A stretch of DNA of 46,183 nucleotides from a virus (IMGVR_UViG_3300044854_000014:1-46183), one strand, 5' to 3'; shown: positions 18,344 through 28,409, counted from the first letter of the stretch. Translations and numbers: made by a program. Notes: generated from the letters alone by a model not told the origin.

Positions 18344-19416
18344 TTGCCGGCGTCTCCACGCTGGGGGCGCGTCAGCGAAAGTGTGTACTCAGCCACATGA
18401 TGGATGAACTCCAGCGTCATCTTCAGATCGCTTCCCGGAGCGGCGAGGTTATCGGCCGCCGTGGTCATGATCTGATCGAGCGCGGTGGTTTGCTCATCGA
18501 TTTTATCCGTCAGGCGCTCGACGCTCCCCGCCTGTGAGTGCGTGTAAAGCGGCTCGACACCCTCGACATCAGGACCGGGATCGCGGGCAGAAACTGACCA
18601 GTAGTTGCCGTTGATGCGCCAACGCCAAGCTACAGGCGCTGACTTCGGTTCAGTGGGCATGCGCCACGAGCCGGTACAGGTCGGTTGATGGCCTTCCTCT
18701 GCGAGGTCACCGCCGCACTCGGGGCACTCGAACATGGGATAGTTGCCGCTCACCGGCGGTTCGCTGACGGCAGATGCCTGCGGTACATTGACGGTGCGGG
18801 CGGAGTGCAATTCCGACACCGCTTGTTTAATCGTCTCTATGTCTCCTGGCTCGCCAGTGTAAAAATTACGCCTGAGGATTGCCTCTACGGTGTCGACGGA
18901 TCGCGGATGCGCTGCAGGTATCTGAGCGGAAAACTCACGGATCATGTCGGCGATGGTATCGCCGTGGCCTGTCGCAAATCCGTGCTTCGTTGCGAGTTCC
19001 AGGCAGGCAGCGTTGGCATCATCAGACCTTCTTCTTTCGGACGAAAGGAGAGAACGGCATTCTGCCCACGAAGTCAGAATGTCATCATAGCTGGCGTCCA
19101 CATTGCCGGCAGATGCCTGCGGTTCATTGCGCAGAGCCGCCGTGATCTCGGCGCTGAATCTCGGTCCAAGATCGTTGCCGGGCTTATGGTTGATGTCGAG
19201 GTAATCCCGGAGCCTCTGCAAGAGGTCATAGGTGCTGGCACTGACGGCAGATGATCGAGCAAGCTGCCGAGCGGTATTTGCTGCCGACACGAATGCGTTG
19301 CGATCGCCTTCAATATGGCTGCGTTTCGCGGTCCACTCCTCGCGATCAAGGAGCCCCGTTAGACGATCGGCGTGTCCTTGGAGATAGTCCGCTAGCTCCA
19401 GCATCTGCTTGCTCAT
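18340..19416 (-). CDS. Mosaic Ea22-like early hypothetical protein with a CxxC motif
   Basis: PVAWRW...EPLY motif, CPECGG, internal 23-nt direct repeats. Confidence 0.6.
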   Translation of the reverse strand: MSKQMLELADYLQGHADRLTGLLDREEWTAKRSHIEGDRNAFVSAANTARQLARSSAVSASTYDLLQRLRDYLDINHKPGNDLGPRFSAEITAALRNEPQASAGNVDASYDDILTSWAECRSLLSSERRRSDDANAACLELATKHGFATGHGDTIADMIREFSAQIPAAHPRSVDTVEAILRRNFYTGEPGDIETIKQAVSELHSARTVNVPQASAVSEPPVSGNYPMFECPECGGDLAEEGHQPTCTGSWRMPTEPKSAPVAWRWRINGNYWSVSARDPGPDVEGVEPLYTHSQAGSVERLTDKIDEQTTALDQIMTTAADNLAAPGSDLKMTLEFIHHVAEYTLSLTRPQRGDAGK

Positions 19417-20621
19417 GGCTGCCTCGCCTTCTGGAGTACGTCACTGGCGATGTTGCCGACATAACCGCCATCATGAGCCGCAATCCGTTCCAGCGCCGCC
19501 AGCGCCTCGGGGAGCAGGTTGACGGAGCGGACGATCAGCGCTGCGTTTTCTTCAGAAGGACCATCGCTGGTCATGAAGCACACGCGATTGCCTTTGGCGT
19601 CCAGGATGTGAATGTTCCAATCGTATCCCGGCCTGTCGTCGGGGTCAGCGGTCCACGGCAGAGGCGAGTGTTCGGTCATGGCTTCTCTCCGGATTGGCGA
19701 TGATGTTCAGTCAGTGCGGTCACTCGGCGGCTTCCGCGAGTTGGGTCGGGAGCTTCGGCTTGCGAGGCTCGATCGTATCTGGCTTGTGGCGCCAGCCCTG
19801 GTGTGCTGTGACGCCAAGTTCTTCCGTCGAATATTGCTGATGCCATTTGACGGCCACTAGCCGCGTTTCGACGCAAAGACCGCCGGCAATGGCGTGGGCC
19901 TCGAGGAACGCCAAGAACGCCCAGCGATGCGCTTCGGCTACGGCGTAGGAAACGAGCCCGTGCTTAACGGCTTCAGTATCCCAGCTCCGCACGGGGATGT
20001 TGGCCCCGTATGGAGTGGCGCCCAAGGTGATCGAGAGAGGTCGCCAATAGTGGTCGATGATGAATGGAAACGGCTCATTCGGGTTTCCAACCACCGTCGA
20101 CATTGGGCTCGTGGTTCTGTATTCCACTTTGTAGTAGGTGCCCGTTGAGCTACCGCTGCCATGAATTCCAGGAGAGTGAATTTCAAGCTCGGGGCCCCGA
20201 GATTCCTTAGTCATTCTGCTTCTCCGTTTCGCTGTGTCGATGACACCGCCAAGGCGGCTTCTAACATCCGGCGCATGCGCTCGATCTCGACCTGCCGCTG
20301 GAATGCCACGTGCTCCGGAGTGCCGCCGACCGGCGCCGACCAGATCTCCCTTTCCGACCATACGTCGCGAATGACGTGGCGCGTCGGATAGGTGAAGCCC
20401 TGGATGCAATCTGGCGCGTCTGAATTGATAGCCGCCTCGCACATCGCATCAGTGACCGTCACTGGTTGAGCAGCAGCGACAGATAGCGCGTTCCGGATGG
20501 TCCGGATTGCCTGACACGTCGGACAATCATCATCGTGCACATCTTCGGCAAGCAATTCGTTGTCCAACAAAAATTGGAGAGCCTGAAGTCCTGCGCTCCC
20601 AGGGGAACATTGCTGTGTCAT
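19413..20621 (-). CDS. String of early hypothetical proteins (19413-19679, 19720-20214, 20211-20621)
   Basis: Coupled ORFs; the first carries a HSPLPW...EENAALI motif common in phage early genes. Confidence 0.55.
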
Positions 20622-21886
20622 TGCGCGTGCTCCTGGTCGGCTGCAGCGGCGGTCGGCTTGTGGCGGCGTGACAGAGCAGCAGCGAGCGCCTTGCGATCGT
20701 CCTTCGTCAGGTCATCGAGCCACGCGCTCTCCAGCGCCTTGCTGCCGAGCTTGGCCTTCTCCTCGAGCAGCGCGTCCAAACGCGCCAGGCGCTCGCTCTC
20801 GGATTCGTCTGCGACCCCGGCGTCTTGGGGGGCTGGCGCCATCGCCGGGGCCGCAGTGTCCACCGCGCGGTCGTCTGGTTGACGCGGTGAAGGGGGAATG
20901 ACTTCTGGCTCGCGCTGCCATGCGCGGTACTGCGCGACGAGATCAGCCCACTTGCGCGCGGCTACTTTGTTGACTGTCAGCTCTGCGCGGCTCGATATCG
21001 TGCACCATTCGCGAACTACATCGGCGGCTTTGTCGGCATCAATGAGAGTGTCGAATGAGCCGAGAATGTTCCGCTCTGACAGAAATTTCCAAAATGCACT
21101 GTCAGCACACAGGATGCCTGCCTGCTTCACCGGGCCAAGATCGTCCCACTTGCTGCCTTGCCACTCCGGCGGCGTGCCGTCTTCCGACTCAGTCCACAGC
21201 TCGGCTGGCGGCTCGTCGCGCACAGGCGCGGTCGCCTGCGCTGCCTTGATCAAGCCGGCGCCGCGCTTCTCGCCCCACGCCTCGATGATCTCCTCGGGAT
21301 CGCGGTCATCATCCCGGCGCGACGATGCCATCTCGTCGTTGGTGTAGAGGCCGGACAGCTCTTGCGGGAACGCTTTGCGCAGCGCAAGAGCCTCGGCGCA
21401 CTTGGCGATCATCAGATCGCCCATGCGCAGCCACATCGTGGTCAGGCCGCCGTCCTTCTTCGTTTGCGCGTAGGCGGCGAAACGAGCCACGCCCCATGTC
21501 GGCTCGCGGAATCCCGTGCGCAACACGCCAACCTTGGCTGCCACCGGCATCTTGTCGGAGATCCAGACGTCCTTCCATTCGCCGTCGGGGCCGCACCAGA
21601 AGGGGCCGACCTGGCCGGCGTATTCGCGCGAGCGCTGGGCAACCAGACGCAGCCCATCGATCGACACCTGAATCCCCATGACCTCGCGGCGTGCTTGGCC
21701 GTCCCATCGCTTGATCGCGTAAATCTGCTTCGCGAACGGGTCGAGGCTGGTGCGCTCGCACTGGCGCATGAACAGCATGAACTCGTCGTCAGTCGCATCG
21801 CGGCAGATGGTACGCTTGATCAGATCGACCTGCTCGGACGTGAAAAGGGATACCTGCTGCTCTTGGCGTACGGTCGGAAGGCTCAT
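20618..21886 (-). CDS. bet: Phage recombination protein Bet (RecT/Redbeta superfamily) with a C-terminal extension
   Basis: [38 protein letters not shown] and GLYTNDEM. Confidence 0.9.
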   Translation of the reverse strand: MSLPTVRQEQQVSLFTSEQVDLIKRTICRDATDDEFMLFMRQCERTSLDPFAKQIYAIKRWDGQARREVMGIQVSIDGLRLVAQRSREYAGQVGPFWCGPDGEWKDVWISDKMPVAAKVGVLRTGFREPTWGVARFAAYAQTKKDGGLTTMWLRMGDLMIAKCAEALALRKAFPQELSGLYTNDEMASSRRDDDRDPEEIIEAWGEKRGAGLIKAAQATAPVRDEPPAELWTESEDGTPPEWQGSKWDDLGPVKQAGILCADSAFWKFLSERNILGSFDTLIDADKAADVVREWCTISSRAELTVNKVAARKWADLVAQYRAWQREPEVIPPSPRQPDDRAVDTAAPAMAPAPQDAGVADESESERLARLDALLEEKAKLGSKALESAWLDDLTKDDRKALAAALSRRHKPTAAAADQEHAQ

Positions 21887-22483
21887 TTAAAATCTCCTTG
21901 GTCTTTCGAGCCGCAAGTCTGATCTTGTGCAGCTGCCGGTAGCCGGCGTTTTTCGCTCGCATCGAGGCCAACTGAACCTCGCGGGCGCATTCCCGGTGAT
22001 ACTTCCGCGGCCTGAACGTCTTCTCGTAGGTGAACGGCAGGCCGCAATGAGAGCAGGTCGTGGTCGTGCTGACCGCCGCCGGGTAGCGGCATTTCACCCA
22101 GCGCCGTTGCCTCAAGAGAACCACCAGATCGTGAGGTGGCCTGCGAGCATGGCGCCGATGAACGTCCACACGATGATCAGGATGCGGTTGTGGGGCGCGA
22201 TCATCAGATGTCACCGATTGCGAGGCCCGCGTAGAACAGCGCGACGCAGACGACGGAGATCAGAACAAGCAGTTCGGCGAGCGCGATAGGGCCGCCGATT
22301 TCGCGGATGAATTCGCGCATCAGCGTCGCTCCAGGCAGTCGCGGATCACCTGCAGGTCGCGCTCGAACTCGTCGACCGATTGGTTATCGTTGATGGGGAG
22401 CGCGCGGCGCGGTGCCTCGATGCCGAGGCGGCGCTGCAACTGCCAGAGCGAGAGCAGGTCATCGGCCCGCCGCTGTGAGGAGA

Positions 22484-22795
22484 TCACCATCCGAGGATCC
22501 CTTCTTCCTTGAGGAGATCGCGGCGGTGGTCACGCTGGTAGTCGATCCGAGCCTGACGGATCTCCTCCAGGCTGCGGAATTCGCGGGGATGCGCGGCTTC
22601 GGCGTGCAGCTCCGCTGTGACATCGCGGCAGGTGCCAGCGGTTTCGTCGACCTCGAGCACCTTGATCACATCGACGCCGCCGACGCGGATCAGGCGGATC
22701 ATCGCCTCGCGTGAGTTGTCGTCGCGATCGGTGGCTTGGAATTCATTTCCGAGCCGCCCGTAGCGGCATTCGGCGAAGAAGAGGGGATTTGGCAT
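22484..22795 (-). CDS. Hypothetical protein, first gene of the early-left operon
   Basis: ORF directly downstream of the PL-like promoter. Confidence 0.55.
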   Translation of the reverse strand: MPNPLFFAECRYGRLGNEFQATDRDDNSREAMIRLIRVGGVDVIKVLEVDETAGTCRDVTAELHAEAAHPREFRSLEEIRQARIDYQRDHRRDLLKEEGILGW

Positions 22796-22823
22796 GGCGT
22801 TGCGCCCCGTTGGTGATGGGCGC

Positions 22824-22898
22824 AATGTAGTTCACGTGACGTGAAGTCGTCAAGCAAAAAATTCACGCGGTGTGAAGGTCATCATCACAGCGCGTGAA
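22824..22898 (-). promoter_or_regulatory. PL-like promoter with three TTCAC-N5-GTGAA operators
   Basis: Palindromes at 22831-22845, 22862-22876 and 22884-22898 (one mismatch); minus-strand TTGACG (22848-53) and TACATT (22824-29). Confidence 0.8.
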
Positions 22899-22904
22899 GT
22901 GGTA

Positions 22905-23165
22905 TCAGGCTGCGTGGCGCATCTTCAGCCGCAGCTCGTGCGGCAGACCGGCGGGGTTGCCCCGATAGATCCAGTCGAGCGTCAGCCCGAATTCATCGCA
23001 AAGTGCATTGGCGACTTCAAGTGTGATCCTGCGCTCGCCGCTCTCGTATTGCGACCAGCGATTTTCTTTGATGTCGATCCGTTTGCACAGGTCGACGGGG
23101 CGCAAACGGAGCGCCTCTCGCGTGATTTCCAGGCGCTTGGCCAAGGACTTAAGGGTCTCGGGCAT
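22905..23165 (-). CDS. CI-like immunity repressor (XRE HTH only, 86 aa)
   Basis: RLEITREALRL...WSQYESGERRI...GLTLDWIYRG; divergent from the Cro-like gene and flanked by operators. Confidence 0.85.
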   Translation of the reverse strand: MPETLKSLAKRLEITREALRLRPVDLCKRIDIKENRWSQYESGERRITLEVANALCDEFGLTLDWIYRGNPAGLPHELRLKMRHAA

Positions 23166-23204
23166 ACGCCCATGTGAACTCACCTTATGGCAGTTTTCTA
23201 CTGC

Positions 23205-23248
23205 CATAGCGTGAACCCTTGACAAGTTCACAGCGCGTGAACTAGGTT
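23205..23248 (+). promoter_or_regulatory. PR-like promoter with an operator
   Basis: TTGACA (23219-24), TAGGTT (23243-48), and TTCACagcgcGTGAA (23227-41) in the spacer; ATG 23254 is probably leaderless. Confidence 0.8.
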
Positions 23249-23253
23249 CAGGC

Positions 23254-23463
23254 ATGCTCAAATCAGTCGACGAAGTCATAGACGCGCTCGGAGGTCCATC
23301 GGCGATGGCCGAGCTGACTGGTGTCGGCCCATCGGCCGTCGTCAATTGGCGCACCCGTGGGATCGCGCCAGACAAATTTCTGCTGGTGAAAAAGGCACTG
23401 AAGTCGAAAAGCTTGGACGTTTCGCCGTCTGTTTTCGCGTTCAAAACCGAGGCGCGCGCATGA
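23254..23463 (+). CDS. Cro-like repressor
   Basis: VIDALGGPSAMAELTGVGPSAVVNWRTRGI HTH; divergent from CI. Confidence 0.85.
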   Translation: MLKSVDEVIDALGGPSAMAELTGVGPSAVVNWRTRGIAPDKFLLVKKALKSKSLDVSPSVFAFKTEARA

Positions 23464-23659
23464 ACGCGACCCGGCCAAGTAATGACCGCTCCCATGGTGT
23501 TCCCCGCTGCGTGGTGATGGACGAACATGCAACCACAGACTGCGGCGATTTGGTAGTGAAATTTTCATCATTTCGTCACGATCGCTGCGAGCGCTTCGCA
23601 CTGTTTCAAATTCAAACATCCCAGCCTCCGTTCGATAGTCGGACGGTGCCTGACAACCA

Positions 23660-24040
23660 TTGGGAGTGCGACAGGAACACTCCCATAAATCATGGGGAAC
23701 ACCTGCAATGGAAGTTTCGAAAGCTCTTAAAGAGTTGTCCGAGCCATCGGGGCGCGGTGATCCGATCAAAGCCGCTATCGGCAGGGCCGCAAAAGCAAGT
23801 GGCCTATCCTACTGGCGCACCTTTGATCTTTGGTACGAAAAGGCCCGCCGCATTGAGCAGTTCGAGCTCGACGCCATCAACGATGCCCTCAAGCAAAAGC
23901 GAGAACGTGATGCGGCCAACGAGCTCCACGAACTCAAGCTCCGCCTCACGCGCCTCGAGGCCCGTCTGGCTGCGGGGGACACGGACTTTCATCGCCCGGC
24001 TATTGACGCGCTTGGGATGGCGATGCGTGGCGCTCGCTGA
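23660..24040 (+). CDS. CII-like/HTH regulator
   Basis: IKAAIGRAAKASGLSYWRTFDLWY; in the CII position; start uncertain (23660 or 23708). Confidence 0.55.
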   Translation: MGVRQEHSHKSWGTPAMEVSKALKELSEPSGRGDPIKAAIGRAAKASGLSYWRTFDLWYEKARRIEQFELDAINDALKQKRERDAANELHELKLRLTRLEARLAAGDTDFHRPAIDALGMAMRGAR

Positions 24041-24119
24041 GCTGATCGCGCCCTGGCTGAAGTAGTTGCGTGGGCACGCCCTGGGCCTGATCAGAGCATC
24101 ACCTCCTTACGGAGTCCCA

Positions 24120-24602
24120 ATGTCCGAAACGAGCGATTTCGATCCGCACCTTGCATCCGACACGCTCCGCGGCGATGTGCGCGACGCGATCCTGTCCGAG
24201 TTCAAGCTGATCCCGAACGCCTACCAGAAGATGGCCGAGGACGATCAGCAGCGTCTCATCCACCGCGCCGCGGATATCGCGGATCGTCTGGTGCGCGATG
24301 CGATCGACCTGATCGCTGAGCGCGGCCTGCCGGCGCTGCCCATCACCGTTGGCAAGATCACCGTGGACGGCTCGACCTGCAAGGGCGCGTTCGAGTGCTT
24401 CGCCGACGACGAGAACCTTTTGCGGATCCGCCACCTCCAAGGCAGCCGCGCCATGTTCGTGCTCGCCTCGCCGGACCGGTTCAAGGGCGAGCAGAAGCCT
24501 GCCAAGCCGGAAAACATCGGCGAGCTCGCGATGCCTGAACCTGATCAGCGCGCCGACGAGGAGCACTTAGCCAAGGTCGGGCAGGGCAAGGCTGCCGCTT
24601 AA
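24120..24602 (+). CDS. Hypothetical phage protein
   Basis: SD ggag; typical codon usage. Confidence 0.7.
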   Translation: MSETSDFDPHLASDTLRGDVRDAILSEFKLIPNAYQKMAEDDQQRLIHRAADIADRLVRDAIDLIAERGLPALPITVGKITVDGSTCKGAFECFADDENLLRIRHLQGSRAMFVLASPDRFKGEQKPAKPENIGELAMPEPDQRADEEHLAKVGQGKAAA

Positions 24603-24690
24603 GTCTGCTCGCAATGAGCCGCGCCACCTGGCGCGGCTGCCTTTGTTGCCTACCGCGTCCAGTTTTTCCGCATCACCACTGGACTGAACC

Positions 24691-25167
24691 GTGAGCATCC
24701 CATCGTTCAAAGATCGTCCGTTCGGCTGTCCGACGGATGACGAGCCGGACCCGGTGACGATCAGCCTCGCCGGGCCGCCACAAGGCAAAGGCCGCGCGCG
24801 TGCGTTTCTGCGCGCCGGCCGGATTGCCCATTACACGCCGGGCAAAACCGCCACCTACGAGGGCATGATCCGCACCGCTGCCATGGGCGAGATGGTCGGA
24901 CGTCAGCCGCTCGATCAGCCGCTCGAGCTCACCATGCGCGCGGTCTTCCCGATCCCGTCGTCCTGGCCGGCCCGCAAGCAGCAGCAGGCGATCACGGGCG
25001 ACATCAAGCCGGCCAAGAAGCCGGACCTCGACAACATTCTGAAGGCCTGGAAGGACGCGCTGAACGGCGTCGTCTACCGCGATGACGCGCTGATTGTCCG
25101 GGCCACGCTGGAAAAACGCTACGGCCAGTCTCCGCTGGTCGTCGTCACCGTGAGGGGGATCAGATGA
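24691..25167 (+). CDS. rusA: RusA-family Holliday junction resolvase
   Basis: PQGKGRAR, KPDLDNILK...DALNGVVYRDDA...KRY. Confidence 0.9.
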   Translation: MSIPSFKDRPFGCPTDDEPDPVTISLAGPPQGKGRARAFLRAGRIAHYTPGKTATYEGMIRTAAMGEMVGRQPLDQPLELTMRAVFPIPSSWPARKQQQAITGDIKPAKKPDLDNILKAWKDALNGVVYRDDALIVRATLEKRYGQSPLVVVTVRGIR

Positions 25168-25436
25168 CCAACCTTGAACGCGCAATCCTTCGCTGCATCG
25201 ACATCGGCTGGACTTCACAGCGCGAGATCGTTTCCGAGGCCGGCGGCGGTCGCTACTCGGACCTGATCGCCAAGCTCGATGAGATGGTCGAGCGCCGCGA
25301 GATCTGGCGCAGCTACGAGGCCGCCATGGTCGACGGCAAGCCCGTGCTGACCGCCCGCTACTGCCTGGCGCACGAGGTCGGGGATCCGCCGATCGGGCGC
25401 CGCGTGCAGAGGTCGACCGTGTTGGAGATGGCGTGA
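25164..25436 (+). CDS. Small hypothetical protein (wHTH-like)
   Basis: Coupled ORF. Confidence 0.5.
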   Translation: MTNLERAILRCIDIGWTSQREIVSEAGGGRYSDLIAKLDEMVERREIWRSYEAAMVDGKPVLTARYCLAHEVGDPPIGRRVQRSTVLEMA

Positions 25437-26218
25437 GCGATATCGGAGCCAAGGTTGCCGAACTGATCGCGGCCGGATGCGCGCCGGATGTGGCCGCCCG
25501 TGTGGTCGCCGAGGCCTATGTCGCAGGCGTGCAGTCGGCGGCGTTTCGCGTTGCGTCCACCCGACACGAAGTGGACAGTCGGGTGGACGCGGCAGCCGAA
25601 AAACGGCGCGCTTGGGATCGGGAATACCGTCGTAACAAGCGCTCGTGTCCACCCGACACCCACTCAATTCCACCCGATTCCACCCGACATCCACCCGATG
25701 TCGGAAATGATGCTCTTTCTATAGAAAAGAAAGAAAGAGAAGAAGGAAGTAAGAAGAAAGAGCGCGGCCACAAGCTTCCACCCGACTGGACACCGAAGCA
25801 GCATCACTACGACGAAGGCGCAAAGCTCGGCATGAGCAGGGCGGCTGTCGACGAGCGCGCAGATCGCATGCGCTCCTGGTGCGAAGCCAATTCCAACCGA
25901 TCGATCACGACCAAGGCGAACTGGGATGCCGCCTTCACGGGCGCATGGCTGAAGGATTCTCGAAATGGGCAAGGAACTAACGGTATTCGAACCAATTCCG
26001 GCGCCGGACCAGCGCCGACCCGCGATTCTACCTTCATTGCCGCAATGGGCCGCACGCTTGAGCGGCGCCGCGCGGATCGAGCTGCAGCTGGACGGGGCGA
26101 AGTTCCAGGACGTGATGACGCTGCCGGCCGACCTGATGCCGACGGAGGCGCAGCGCCAGGCGATGATCAACCATCAGGACAGCTTGCGTTCCTACCTGCT
26201 CGACACCCCGGCTCATAG
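25433..26218 (+). CDS. Replication initiator (lambda O/DnaT-like C-terminus)
   Basis: RGHKLPPDWTP...KANWDAAF..W motif; contains the iterons. Confidence 0.7.
   Translation: MSDIGAKVAELIAAGCAPDVAARVVAEAYVAGVQSAAFRVASTRHEVDSRVDAAAEKRRAWDREYRRNKRSCPPDTHSIPPDSTRHPPDVGNDALSIEKKEREEGSKKKERGHKLPPDWTPKQHHYDEGAKLGMSRAAVDERADRMRSWCEANSNRSITTKANWDAAFTGAWLKDSRNGQGTNGIRTNSGAGPAPTRDSTFIAAMGRTLERRRADRAAAGRGEVPGRDDAAGRPDADGGAAPGDDQPSGQLAFLPARHPGS
25556..25786. repeat. Replication origin: TCCACCCGAY iterons plus an A-rich tract
   Basis: Direct copies at 25556, 25648, 25669, 25679, 25690 and 25777; an inverted copy at 25578; purine/A-rich tract at 25721-25760. Confidence 0.8.
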
Positions 26219-26702
26219 CGTCCAGGCCGAGACCCGCGTGGCCACTGCGATCGCGAAGCTGATCACGGTGCTCGCCGGCGAGCGCAAGTCAGATCTGGCC
26301 GACGAGGCGCGGAGCGAGGTCTACATGGACGTGCTCGACGACGTGCCAGCGTGGGCCGTTGAGGCTGCTGTGCGGCGCTGGTTCAAGCATGATTGCGGCT
26401 CGGATGAGCGCGGCCGCGCGCACGATTATCGCTGGGCTCCAGACCCGGGAACGCTGCGGAAGATCGCGCTGCAGGAAACATACGCGTTGGGCGCCCGGAT
26501 TGGGCAGCTACAGCGCGTGCTGGAGGCTCGGCCCTATGTCGACTGCACCGAGGCGCTCGCCCGCGGGCGGGCCGCTCTCGCCGGTCTGGCCAAGGCCCGC
26601 AAGCTCGGCATCGACCACGCGACGATGACGTTCGACGAGGCGATCAAGCTGGGCAACGAGCCCGAGGCCTCGCCGCAGCCCAAGCAGGAAGCCGCAGAAT
26701 GA
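25965..26702 (+). CDS. Putative helicase loader (P-like) replication protein
   Basis: YMDVLDDVPAWAVEAAVRRW...WAPDPGTLR motif; follows and overlaps the initiator. Confidence 0.55.
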   Translation: MGKELTVFEPIPAPDQRRPAILPSLPQWAARLSGAARIELQLDGAKFQDVMTLPADLMPTEAQRQAMINHQDSLRSYLLDTPAHSVQAETRVATAIAKLITVLAGERKSDLADEARSEVYMDVLDDVPAWAVEAAVRRWFKHDCGSDERGRAHDYRWAPDPGTLRKIALQETYALGARIGQLQRVLEARPYVDCTEALARGRAALAGLAKARKLGIDHATMTFDEAIKLGNEPEASPQPKQEAAE

Positions 26703-27067
26703 TCGAGCGGCTTGAGGTGGAAAACGAAATGCTGCGCGCCCGGATTGAGCAGCTCGAGGAGGCCATCGGCATGCGCGATCTGGCGCCCGTCTGCTTTGGT
26801 CTCACCGGATCGGAAGCCAGGGTGCTCGGTGCGCTCATGAGGCGCGACATGGCAACAAAGGAAATGGTGATGCTGAACCTATACAGCCGCCGGCCTGATG
26901 AAGGCGCGGAGATCGGGATCGTCGCTGTTTTCATCTGCCATATTCGGAAGAAGATCGAGAAGTTCGGCGTCAAGATCGAGACGGTTTGGGGGCAGGGCTA
27001 TCGGCTTTCGCCCGACATGAAGGCGCTGGTTCGCTCTCTCATGCAACGAGAGAGGCTGGCAGCATGA
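26699..27067 (+). CDS. OmpR/PhoB-type winged-helix protein resembling the CtrA DNA-binding domain, no receiver domain
   Basis: LTGSE...TKEMVMLNLY...EIGIVAVFICHIRKK...IETVWGQGY, compared with CtrA LTGKE...TKEMFLNHLY...ELKIIDVFICKLRKK...IETVWGRGY (recalled). Confidence 0.85.
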   Translation: MIERLEVENEMLRARIEQLEEAIGMRDLAPVCFGLTGSEARVLGALMRRDMATKEMVMLNLYSRRPDEGAEIGIVAVFICHIRKKIEKFGVKIETVWGQGYRLSPDMKALVRSLMQRERLAA

Positions 27068-27636
27068 CCGCCGTCGCCGCCGTCAATGCCCATGCATGGG
27101 AGCGTGAGGCGAACGAGCACTACGTCGAGCCGCACTGGTGCAGTGAGCGGCTATTCGAGGAGGAGCGCTTTCCTGGCCTGATCTTTGACCCTTGCTGCGG
27201 CTTTGGTAGGATTCCAGAAGCTGCCAAGAAAGCCGAATATTCTGCGATCGGGACCGATCTCGTTGACCGCGGCTATCGCGATCTGTTCGGCACCTGCGAT
27301 TTCATGACCGCAAAGCGGATCATTCCGCAGGTCTTCAGCATCGTATGCAATCCGCCGTTCGACATCGTCCCGGCATTTGCTCTCCGGGCCCTGGAGAGCG
27401 ATGCGCGCAAGGTCGCGATGATCTTCCCAACCGCCCGCCTGAATGCCGCTCACTGGCTCAGGGGGACGCCGCTCGTGCGCGTCTGGCTGATGACGCCGCG
27501 CCCCTCGATGCCACCAGGCCATGTGATCGCACGCGGGGAGAAGCCCGGAGGCGGCAAGATGGATTTCTGCTGGCTGGTCTGGGAGCAGGGGTTCACCGGC
27601 GAGACGACGATCAGCTGGCTCAGGAGGGATGCATGA
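27064..27636 (+). CDS. Orphan amino-DNA methyltransferase (probably N6-adenine)
   Basis: SAM-binding motif FDPCCGFG and catalytic motif CNPPF. Confidence 0.8.
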   Translation: MTAVAAVNAHAWEREANEHYVEPHWCSERLFEEERFPGLIFDPCCGFGRIPEAAKKAEYSAIGTDLVDRGYRDLFGTCDFMTAKRIIPQVFSIVCNPPFDIVPAFALRALESDARKVAMIFPTARLNAAHWLRGTPLVRVWLMTPRPSMPPGHVIARGEKPGGGKMDFCWLVWEQGFTGETTISWLRRDA

Positions 27637-28407
27637 CCGAGCTCGTAGCGCTTGCGGACGTGAACGACGCGCTGAACTGGCTGAACGAGCACCCTTGGGC
27701 GCCGTGGATCGTGGTGGCCGTGCTGGCCGTCGCGTGGGTCGCGGGGAGGCATTCGAAATGATCGAAATCTTTATCGCCGCCTGCTTAATCCTGGCGATTT
27801 GGGGCCTCACCGAGAGGATCGCGCGGGAGCTGATCGGCATTCAAACCGCGATCAAGGAAGTTGCGACGCAAATCAAACTGCTGCGCGAAGATCTGGAGGT
27901 GTGACATGCGCCCAACGCTTCGACCGCCGAACCGCGCGCTCCAGTACGAGCCTGGGAGCCACACAGACTGCCCGCAATGCGCTGGCACGGGCTTGGTGAC
28001 ACTCCAGCAGCCAGGCAAGCCAGAGACCGCCAGCATGTCTCGCTGCGAGCTTTGCAGCGGCTTCGGAAGGGTGCGGGCATGAGCGAATGGACGCCCATCG
28101 ACCACCGTCCGCCACTGCCGCGGATCGAGACCAGCCCGAGCTACACGCCGCCGCCGAGCTCGGACGTGCCCGAGCACATCCAGGTGCAGATCGAGCACAT
28201 GGAGCAGATCATGCGCGCGAAGGAAGGCGAGCGGTTGTGGGGACACATTGTCGACGTGGTGAGGGGAACATGAGAGCAATTGCTTTGGCGGTGATGATGA
28301 CCGGCGCCGGGATCGAGGCGGCGTTGAGAGGCAAGGAAATAGAGCCGTCGGGAGGCGCCGGATTGATCGCGCTGATCTTCATCATCTGCCTGATCATGAG
28401 GTGGTGA
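27633..28407 (+). CDS. Cluster of small coupled ORFs (TM peptides, a CxxCxGxG zinc-finger protein at 27906-28082, hypotheticals)
   Basis: Overlapping ATGA/GTGA junctions; CPQCAGTG...CELCSGFG. Confidence 0.5.
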
Positions 28408-28409
28408 GG

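Noticed and set aside
22905-23528. 207-aa version of the repressor in the ORF track
   Set aside because: It would overlap cro and the PR promoter; the HTH starts at Met 23165.
25556-25786. Short repeats as a CRISPR array
   Set aside because: 10-nt units with irregular spacing inside the initiator gene and no cas genes; these are iterons.
27064-27636. Restriction-modification system
   Set aside because: No cognate endonuclease is adjacent; an orphan methyltransferase is common in temperate phages.
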